DNA of 64,000 nt from a virus. Lineage: Duplodnaviria > Caudoviricetes. The stretch spans positions 192,001 to 256,000 of IMG/VR virus record IMGVR_UViG_3300028805_000037; one strand, 5' to 3'. A model generated the notes under the pieces. It made no database searches and was not told the origin of the DNA. It saw only the letters and a program-made list of their open reading frames with translations. The position numbers and the translations under genes are program-made. How positions within the stretch are numbered: the first letter of the stretch is position 1; each line of letters starts with the position of its first letter. Shown in pieces: positions 48,921-56,444 of the stretch.

Positions 48921-49651
48921 AAAATGAAGAAATAATATTACCATATTTTAAAGAATTAAAAAGAAAAAAAGATAATGGTAAATTTAAAATTGATAAAACT
49001 GGAGTAAAAACAGTTGAAATTAGAAATTGCCATATAGATGGATTAAATCCGTTACAACCAATATTAGAATTTCCTGGAAGAAAAACTCCAGAAAATTATG
49101 TAAAAAAAGAATCTAATTGGTATAATAGTTGTTCATTAAATATTAATGGTTATGTTGATGATGTAAAAATTTGGAAACAAGTTAGTGATAATGATGGTTT
49201 TGTAAATAGTAATTATGGTTGGTGTATATATTCAAAAGAAAATTATAAACAATATAATCATGTTTTAAAAGAATTAATTAATAATAATTGTTCTAGAAGA
49301 GCATCAATGATTTATAATAGACCATCAATGTGGATTGAATATAATCAAGATGGTATGAATGAATTTATGTGTACTTATGCAGTTCAATATGATATTACAG
49401 ATAATGAATTAAATGCTATTGTATATATGCGGTCGAATGATAGTCAATATGGGTTCTTTAATGATCTAGCTTGGCAGTGTGAAGTATATATGAAATTATA
49501 TAATGATTTAAAGAAACATTATAAAGATTTACAAATAGGTGTAATAGATTGGAATTCTGGTAGTTGGCATATTTATGAAAGACATTTTGAAATGTTAGAT
49601 AAAATATGTACTTATGAGGTTAAAAATGAAGAACCAAAAATCAATAATTAA
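48917..49651 (+). CDS. dCMP hydroxymethylase (T4 gp42-like, thymidylate synthase fold)
   Basis: DKTGVKT, NSNYGW, SRRASMIYNRPSM, DGMNEFMCT, MRSND..GFFND.AWQ, HIYERHF. Confidence 0.88.
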   Translation: MKNEEIILPYFKELKRKKDNGKFKIDKTGVKTVEIRNCHIDGLNPLQPILEFPGRKTPENYVKKESNWYNSCSLNINGYVDDVKIWKQVSDNDGFVNSNYGWCIYSKENYKQYNHVLKELINNNCSRRASMIYNRPSMWIEYNQDGMNEFMCTYAVQYDITDNELNAIVYMRSNDSQYGFFNDLAWQCEVYMKLYNDLKKHYKDLQIGVIDWNSGSWHIYERHFEMLDKICTYEVKNEEPKINN

Positions 49652-49790
49652 GAAAATTACACAAAGGTATAAAAATGCACATAAAGTAGATTGTAAAAAT
49701 TGTAATAGAGATGAAAAAAGTTGTGTAATGAAAATACATATGAGTAAAAATGATAAATGTATCTGGTTTAAATATAAAGTGGAAGAATAA
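49626..49790 (+). CDS. small Cys-containing protein
   Basis: GAGGT RBS, 54 aa, CKNC. Confidence 0.5.
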   Translation: MKNQKSIIKKITQRYKNAHKVDCKNCNRDEKSCVMKIHMSKNDKCIWFKYKVEE

Positions 49791-49832
49791 TGGAACAAAT
49801 ATATAAAAACAAATAAATTAAAGAGGATTAAT

Positions 49833-50021
49833 GTGTATAATAATAAATATTACTATTTAGATGATATATATGATTCAAATAAAAATCTTGAAAAATTAGC
49901 AACTTATATAATTTGTAGAGATAATGCTGAACGACCTGCAAATAAACTTGAGTTTATATTAGAGAAAATGCATAATAATAAAAAGTTTAAAGAACAATAT
50001 TATTGTAACAAAGGAGAATAA
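49833..50021 (+). CDS. hypothetical protein
   Basis: GAGG RBS, GTG start. Confidence 0.55.
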   Translation: MYNNKYYYLDDIYDSNKNLEKLATYIICRDNAERPANKLEFILEKMHNNKKFKEQYYCNKGE

Positions 50022-50024
50022 ATA

Positions 50025-51131
50025 ATGATAAATGCAAGTTTTGAACAAATTGAAAAAGTAGAAAAACATCCTAATGCAGATAAATTAGATATAATTACAG
50101 TTTCAGGTTATACAGTAGTTTCACAAAAAGATACACATAAAGTAGGGGATACTGTGTTTTTTATTCGTGAAGATAGTCAAATACTTGTTGATGAACAAAA
50201 GTTTCCTTGGCATACAGGAGTTAAAACATATTTAGGTAAAAGTGGTAGAGTTAAAACAATTAAATTAAGGGGAATATTTAGTTCGGGCATTGTATTAAAT
50301 GCCGAAAAAGTATTAGAATCATATTTTAAAAATAACGGTCTTAAACGATATACCTTAGTAAGATATGAAATAAATAAAAGGTTGGAAGATGAAAAGTTCC
50401 TTGAAGAAAATTTTGGTATTAAACATTATGTACCACCAGCAGTTGGTGCAAGTTTTGGCAATTTACAAATGATAGGAACTATACCATTTGGTATACCAAA
50501 AACAGATGAAGAAAATGTACAAAATATAGATAAATCAGAATTACCATTTGGTGAAGAAGTTTTAGTTACAAGAAAACTTGATGGTACAAGTTGTACAGTA
50601 ATATTTGATAATGATGGTAAATATCATATTTGTGGTAGGAATTATGAATATAAATTAGGTCAAGATAATATTTATGAAAGAACAACTAAACAATTAATAG
50701 ATTTAATATTAGAAATAGGTTTTTATAAACAATTAAAAGAAAATGAACATTTAGTTATACAAGGTGAGGTTGCAGGCAAAGGAATACAATCAAATAAAAT
50801 AAACAAAATTAGTCAAATAGAAGAACCAAGATTTTATATATTTAGAACAATGTTATGGAATGATAAAGATAGAACAAAAGTTGATTGGGGCAATTATGGT
50901 AGTAAATATCATTTTTTTAAAATTAGAAGACAATTAGTTGAAGAAGAATTTAGAAAAAATAAAACTAATAGTGTAGTATATTGTGTTCCTATATTAGGTA
51001 GAGAAATATTAACAGAAGAAATGGTGCAAAAATATATAAATGCACCTGCAGAAGAAGGTGAAGGCGTAGTAATTAACCACAAAAAAGGACATTTTAAGAT
51101 TAAGTCATTAGATTACATAAGTAAATTTTAG
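50025..51131 (+). CDS. RNA ligase, Rnl2/DRB0094-type with N-terminal OB module
   Basis: HPNADKL, KLRGIFSSG, PKTDEE, KLDGTS, QGE, EGVV, FKIKS. Confidence 0.88.
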   Translation: MINASFEQIEKVEKHPNADKLDIITVSGYTVVSQKDTHKVGDTVFFIREDSQILVDEQKFPWHTGVKTYLGKSGRVKTIKLRGIFSSGIVLNAEKVLESYFKNNGLKRYTLVRYEINKRLEDEKFLEENFGIKHYVPPAVGASFGNLQMIGTIPFGIPKTDEENVQNIDKSELPFGEEVLVTRKLDGTSCTVIFDNDGKYHICGRNYEYKLGQDNIYERTTKQLIDLILEIGFYKQLKENEHLVIQGEVAGKGIQSNKINKISQIEEPRFYIFRTMLWNDKDRTKVDWGNYGSKYHFFKIRRQLVEEEFRKNKTNSVVYCVPILGREILTEEMVQKYINAPAEEGEGVVINHKKGHFKIKSLDYISKF

Positions 51132-51152
51132 GAAAAAGGAAAAATTAAAATA

Positions 51153-51722
51153 GTGGAAAAGAAAATATTTATAATAAGTGATACTCATTTTTGGCATACA
51201 AGAATAATCAGATTTGAAAATCGTCCATTTAAATCAGTAGAAGAAATGAATGAAGAACTCATCAAAAGATGGAATTCTAAAGTGTCTAATAATGATACTG
51301 TTATTCATTTAGGTGATTTTTGTTTTGGAAATAAAGAAAAGACTCAAGATATTGCACAAAGATTAAATGGTAAGAAAATACTTATAATGGGAAATCATGA
51401 CGACTCTAGAAATGTAAAATGGTTTATAGATTGCGGCTTTGATGAAGTTTATAGGTATTCTATACTTTTTCAAAATTATTTTATTCTTTCTCATGAACCT
51501 ATTGCTTATTTAAAAGCACCATTTGTGAATCTTTATGGTCATGTTCATGGTAGTCCCAATAATCCAACATTCACTAAAAATAGTGTATGTTGTTGTGTAG
51601 AAAGATGGAATTATGCGCCTATAAATTTTACTACAATAATGAGGAATATAGAAAAATTACAAAGACAAATTGATGCAACTATGATTAACTTTGAATCTTC
51701 AGAAACAATAGAAGAACAATAA
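51153..51722 (+). CDS. calcineurin-like phosphoesterase
   Basis: SDTHFWH, LGDF, GNHD, SHEP, GHVH. Confidence 0.9.
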   Translation: MEKKIFIISDTHFWHTRIIRFENRPFKSVEEMNEELIKRWNSKVSNNDTVIHLGDFCFGNKEKTQDIAQRLNGKKILIMGNHDDSRNVKWFIDCGFDEVYRYSILFQNYFILSHEPIAYLKAPFVNLYGHVHGSPNNPTFTKNSVCCCVERWNYAPINFTTIMRNIEKLQRQIDATMINFESSETIEEQ

Positions 51723-51738
51723 ATTTAAATTTTAAAAA

Positions 51739-52020
51739 ATGAAACAAATTAATCAAACCCAATTCTATGCTAAAATTCTTTTAAAATTACATAAAATTTT
51801 ATCAATTTATGAAGGTAAAATTTTATGTAGAGAGATTTCTGAAAAAATAGAGAATGATATAAAAGAATTTTATAAACAATTAAAAATTAAATATAAAAGT
51901 ATTTTAAATATAAGATATTTAAATGAACTCATTAAACAGCCAATTCATTATAAAGTAAGATATCATACATTATTAAGTATACAGATTGATATAGATTTAA
52001 AGAGGTTATTTAAAAAATGA
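51739..52020 (+). CDS. hypothetical protein
   Basis: ORF overlapping next start. Confidence 0.55.
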   Translation: MKQINQTQFYAKILLKLHKILSIYEGKILCREISEKIENDIKEFYKQLKIKYKSILNIRYLNELIKQPIHYKVRYHTLLSIQIDIDLKRLFKK

Positions 52021-53111
52021 ATTTAGAAGTATTAGAATTTATTAATAATAATAAAAACTGGAAAGAAATTCTTGAAAAAAATCCATATAATATAAAAATT
52101 AAAGAAGAAGATAATTTTATTATATTAAATTATTCTCAAGTTGAAAGTGATTTTTCATTAAGAATAGTACAAGAATGTAGAGGATTAATTTTAGTTAAAG
52201 AAGATAATAAATATATTCCAGTATGTATTCCATTTTTTAAGTTTTTTAATTATGGTGAAAAATATGCAAGTAAAATTGATTGGAATTCAGCACAAGTTCA
52301 AGAAAAAATTGACGGTTCATTAATTAAAATATGGTTTTATAAAGATAAAATGCATATATCTACAAATAGTATGATTGATGCATTTAAAGCTACTATAGCA
52401 TTACCTACTGATAATTTTAAAACTTATGGTGATTTAGTAATATATTGTTTAAATTCATTTTATAAAATAGAAGAGTTTAATAAAGATTACACGTATATGT
52501 TTGAATTAGTTTCACCTTATACAAGAATAGTAGTTCCTTATAAAGAAATAAAATTATTTTATTTGGGACAAAGAAATAATAAAACATTTAATGAGATGAA
52601 TTTAAGAAATTTTTATAATTATGTACCTAAGTTATATAATATATCAATATTAAGTGATTGTGTAAATAATGCTAATAAATTGCCTAAAGATAAAGAAGGA
52701 TATGTAGTAGTTGATGAAAGATTTAATAGAATAAAAGTAAAATCACCTGTTTATGTAGCTATGCATCATATAAGAACAAATGTGGCAACCGAAAAATCAA
52801 TATTAGAATTGATAAGAAAAAATGAAATAGATGAATTTACAAATTATTTTCCAGAATATAAAAATGTTTCACAACAAATAAAAGATAAATATAATAATGC
52901 ATGTGCAGACATAGCAAATTGTTATTTGTTTGTTGAAATGAAAGTAAAAAATTTAAAAACAAGAAAAGAACAAGCACAACTTATAATGCAAAATTTTAAA
53001 AATTGTTCAGATTTTGCATTTAGTTATCTTGATGGAAGAGTTAAAGGAATAGAAGAATTCATTAAAAATTTGAGTTTAGAAAAATTATTGAAGCGATTGG
53101 AGAATTATTAA
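52017..53111 (+). CDS. T4 Rnl1-type RNA ligase
   Basis: ECRGLIL, FFKFFNYGE, EKIDGSL, FELVSP, EGYVV, RIKVKS. Confidence 0.9.
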   Translation: MNLEVLEFINNNKNWKEILEKNPYNIKIKEEDNFIILNYSQVESDFSLRIVQECRGLILVKEDNKYIPVCIPFFKFFNYGEKYASKIDWNSAQVQEKIDGSLIKIWFYKDKMHISTNSMIDAFKATIALPTDNFKTYGDLVIYCLNSFYKIEEFNKDYTYMFELVSPYTRIVVPYKEIKLFYLGQRNNKTFNEMNLRNFYNYVPKLYNISILSDCVNNANKLPKDKEGYVVVDERFNRIKVKSPVYVAMHHIRTNVATEKSILELIRKNEIDEFTNYFPEYKNVSQQIKDKYNNACADIANCYLFVEMKVKNLKTRKEQAQLIMQNFKNCSDFAFSYLDGRVKGIEEFIKNLSLEKLLKRLENY

Positions 53112-53112
53112 A

Positions 53113-53433
53113 ATGAAATTAAAGCATGGAAGTTGTTATCAATATGATAAAACAATATATATTATTGAAAAAGTTGATTATGATAGAATACTTGCAAAAC
53201 CTAAAATGATTTATTATAAAATATTTTATTATACAAAATTAAATAGATATAATAATCAAATTGCTTTTGTAAAAGATAAAAATAAAGAAATAGATAATTT
53301 TTGTATGACATTTAATGATTGGAATATATTTATTAATGTAAATAAATGTAATTTTATAGGTATTTTACATCAAACAGTAAGATTAAATAAATTTAGTTTA
53401 ACAATAAATAAAAAATATTTTAAGAAGGTGTAA
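53113..53433 (+). CDS. hypothetical protein
   Basis: ORF in operon. Confidence 0.6.
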   Translation: MKLKHGSCYQYDKTIYIIEKVDYDRILAKPKMIYYKIFYYTKLNRYNNQIAFVKDKNKEIDNFCMTFNDWNIFINVNKCNFIGILHQTVRLNKFSLTINKKYFKKV

Positions 53434-53436
53434 ATT

Positions 53437-54093
53437 ATGGATGTAAAAATTATAGGTAATACTTATACTGATGAAGCAACTATTACTGAATATTTTGCTA
53501 AAATAGCAAGAAGATGCTATACAACTATTCCATTTATAGATATTCAAATTGATTATGAAAAAGCTAAAAAATTATTAAAAAAGATTATTGATTCTGGACA
53601 TTTATCAATTTTAGAACATTATTCATTTACATTTGCTATAGAAAACGTATCTGTAGCGCTTCTTGGACAATTAACAAGAAATAGATTAGCATCATTTACA
53701 GTTCAATCATTAAGATACAATAATATGAAAGATAGTGATATCAATGTAAGTATACCTGAAGGTATAAAATATGATGATTTAAATGAAATATATTTAAAGT
53801 CAATTAGTGAATCTTACAATAATTATAATAAACTTATAGAAAAAGGCTATAAACCAGAACAAGCTAGATATGTTCTGCCTCAAGGAATAAGAACAAATTT
53901 GATTATGACGATGAATGTAAGAGAACTTTTTCATTTCTTTGATTTAAGGTATTGTAATAGAGCAGATAATGAAATACATCAATTAGCAACTATGATCTAT
54001 TTTCTAGTAAATCAAAAAGATAATTATTTATTTAGTTTTGCAAAACATTCCTGTCAACAATGTAAAAATAAATGTGAAAAATATAAAAAATAA
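53437..54093 (+). CDS. thyX: flavin-dependent thymidylate synthase
   Basis: GHLSILEH, QLTRNRLASFTVQSLRY, ARYVLP, NVREL, EI. Confidence 0.9.
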   Translation: MDVKIIGNTYTDEATITEYFAKIARRCYTTIPFIDIQIDYEKAKKLLKKIIDSGHLSILEHYSFTFAIENVSVALLGQLTRNRLASFTVQSLRYNNMKDSDINVSIPEGIKYDDLNEIYLKSISESYNNYNKLIEKGYKPEQARYVLPQGIRTNLIMTMNVRELFHFFDLRYCNRADNEIHQLATMIYFLVNQKDNYLFSFAKHSCQQCKNKCEKYKK

Positions 54094-54119
54094 AAATTTT
54101 TATATAATATATTATAAAA
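54092..54119 (+). promoter_or_regulatory. phage promoter class B
   Basis: motif before AAGGAG. Confidence 0.7.
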
Positions 54120-54141
54120 TATTTAAAGGAGATATATTTAT

Positions 54142-54852
54142 ATGAAATTTACACAAGAACAAATTGATGAAATTAATCAAAAAGCAGAAGAATCATTAAA
54201 ATTTAGAATAGAGATTAATGATAATTTGAATCAGCAAAAATCACAATATAAAAGAGTATTTTTATCACATTTTACTCAAGGTTTAGATAAAAAATCACAA
54301 GAATATAAAGAACAAGTTAAAAAATGTAGTAATATATTTAATATGATACATCGTGCATATTATTATGATAAAGATTTTAAAGATGCTAATAAAACATATA
54401 AAGATGTATTATTACATTTATTAGAACAAGTTCAGATATTAGTAATGTGGATGAGAACATTAAAACTTGATAGTCATTTACAAGATACATTAGATAAATT
54501 AAATATGTCAATACAAACCCCAGAATTACATTTAAATGAACAAGATGTAGATACATTAAATAAAGTATTTGAAGCAATGAAAACTACACAAGCAAAAATA
54601 TGTGAAAACTCTGATATGATAACAATACAAAAATTTAATGAATTGCCATTTGATGTTAAATTTAATAATATGGATAATCGTAGTGGAATGAAATCATCAA
54701 AATTTAATAATTTAACTACATTATTGTATAAGAAAATGAAGAATAAAGACAAGGCTGTTGAGTCTGTAAATAAATTAATAGATCAAATTAATATAAATAA
54801 TGAAAGTAATGATAATTATTTAAATAGTGCATTTACAATTACTAAGGAGTAA
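54142..54852 (+). CDS. hypothetical helical protein
   Basis: 236 aa ORF with RBS. Confidence 0.75.
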   Translation: MKFTQEQIDEINQKAEESLKFRIEINDNLNQQKSQYKRVFLSHFTQGLDKKSQEYKEQVKKCSNIFNMIHRAYYYDKDFKDANKTYKDVLLHLLEQVQILVMWMRTLKLDSHLQDTLDKLNMSIQTPELHLNEQDVDTLNKVFEAMKTTQAKICENSDMITIQKFNELPFDVKFNNMDNRSGMKSSKFNNLTTLLYKKMKNKDKAVESVNKLIDQININNESNDNYLNSAFTITKE

Positions 54853-54856
54853 TTAA

Positions 54857-55351
54857 ATGGATAAAAAAGAATATCAAAAGATATATAGATTAAAAAATAA
54901 AGATAAAATTAAAGAGTACCAAAAAATATATAGATTAAAAAATAAAGACAAAGTTAAAAAATGGAGAGAAAGATATTATTTGAAAAACAAAGATAAAATT
55001 AAAGAATATCATAATAAATACAATAAAGAATATTTTAAAAATAATAAAAATAATAAAAATAAATTGAAATATTCTGTATATAAAAGTAGATATAAAACAA
55101 AAGAAAGTTATAATAATTTTTTAAAATATCAAAGAAATTATTATAATATTACTAAACAATTAAAAGAAAAATACAAAATTAATAAGAATTATAATGTAAA
55201 AACAGTTTTAATATCAAATGATAATACATTTAAAGGTTTATTTGATAAACAAGGTTATGAATGTGGAAAACAATATTTAGATCAAATTTTTACTAAAAAA
55301 CAAATTGAACTTTTATTACAAGGTTTAATTGATTATTTACTAGTTGTTTAA
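54857..55351 (+). CDS. K/Y-rich repeat protein
   Basis: KEYQKIYRLKNKDK repeats. Confidence 0.65.
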   Translation: MDKKEYQKIYRLKNKDKIKEYQKIYRLKNKDKVKKWRERYYLKNKDKIKEYHNKYNKEYFKNNKNNKNKLKYSVYKSRYKTKESYNNFLKYQRNYYNITKQLKEKYKINKNYNVKTVLISNDNTFKGLFDKQGYECGKQYLDQIFTKKQIELLLQGLIDYLLVV

Positions 55352-55408
55352 AATTTTTATCTTAATTTAAAACACAAATTATTTACAAAAATATAGATAT
55401 AAATTAAA

Positions 55409-55666
55409 ATGAATATATTTAATGATGAATTAGAAAAATTAAAGAAATTAAAAGAACAATTAATTAGATTAGATACGAGATTATTTGCTTGTGGTCTTTT
55501 TGATAATGGTAGTGATCGTATTGAAGCAGAAATAGATATACATTTAAAATATGAAGAATTAATTAAATTTGCTAAAGAATTGATACAAAAATATAAAGGC
55601 AATGAAAATAAAATTAAAAACATAAAAGATATTTTAAAAGGTGTTAAATTAAAGGAGGAATTATGA
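55409..55666 (+). CDS. hypothetical protein
   Basis: ORF coupled to next gene. Confidence 0.6.
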   Translation: MNIFNDELEKLKKLKEQLIRLDTRLFACGLFDNGSDRIEAEIDIHLKYEELIKFAKELIQKYKGNENKIKNIKDILKGVKLKEEL

Positions 55667-55998
55667 ACGTAGGACAATTAAAAGCTTTTATTGAAAAACT
55701 TAATGATGATATGGAAATTGTTATTGAAGGTGAATATAATAGAGGTGTACCTGTTTGTGAATTAAAAGTTGATAAAAGAGTATGGGATGATAATTATTAT
55801 AGTAGAGATGAAAAAAGAATAGCAGAAAAATGTTTAATTATAACTATTGATGAATATCTTGCCGAATCTGAAGATATTGGAGATAAAGAATTATTTCTTA
55901 CAACAAGTGAATATAATGATATATATAATCAAAATGTTAATGAAATAGATGATGAAGATGAACTTCAAGAATATGATGAGGACAATCAAGATGAATAA
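55663..55998 (+). CDS. hypothetical acidic protein
   Basis: AAGGAGG RBS; MNVGQLKAFIEKLNDDMEI. Confidence 0.7.
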   Translation: MNVGQLKAFIEKLNDDMEIVIEGEYNRGVPVCELKVDKRVWDDNYYSRDEKRIAEKCLIITIDEYLAESEDIGDKELFLTTSEYNDIYNQNVNEIDDEDELQEYDEDNQDE

Positions 55999-56380
55999 AT
56001 TACCTATAATTAAATCACAACAAGATATTGATAATATTGATTTTTCTTTATATAATGATGAAGATATAAAGAAAATAAAAAGAAGAATATATTATTTTAA
56101 AAATAAAAATAAAATTAGTAATTATATGAAGAATTATTATAAAAATAATTCAGAATATTTTAAAAAGAATGCTAAAGAACATTATAAAATAAATAAATTA
56201 AATGAAAATTATATAAATAATATAAAAAAATATAGAATAAAAAATAAAGATAAATATAAAGAATATTATAAGAAGTATAATGAAGCACATAAAGAAAAAA
56301 TACAAATGTATTATAAAGATTATTATCAAAAAAATAAAATAAAGTATAAAGAAAGATATTCAAAAAAGAATAAAATCTAA
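55991..56380 (+). CDS. K/Y-rich repeat protein
   Basis: YY.KNK repeats; start after GAGG. Confidence 0.6.
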   Translation: MNKLPIIKSQQDIDNIDFSLYNDEDIKKIKRRIYYFKNKNKISNYMKNYYKNNSEYFKKNAKEHYKINKLNENYINNIKKYRIKNKDKYKEYYKKYNEAHKEKIQMYYKDYYQKNKIKYKERYSKKNKI

Positions 56381-56384
56381 AATT

Positions 56385-56442
56385 TAAATACCTCGAAAAA
56401 GTTAAAATTTAAATTTAAAAAAAGATAATTTCGAGGTATTTA
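56385..56442 (+). promoter_or_regulatory. RBS-sequestering hairpin enclosing a class C late promoter (56406-56421)
   Basis: perfect 14 bp arms TAAATACCTCGAAA / TTTCGAGGTATTTA; right arm contains the GAGG RBS. Confidence 0.75.
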
Positions 56443-56444
56443 TT

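Noticed and set aside
48917-49651. Ordinary thymidylate synthase ThyA
   Set aside because: Motifs follow T4 gp42 with Asp at the specificity position, and a separate ThyX is present.
54857-56380. K/Y-rich repeat proteins as homing endonucleases
   Set aside because: They resemble the helical repeats that accompany HNH nucleases, but no catalytic motif is present.
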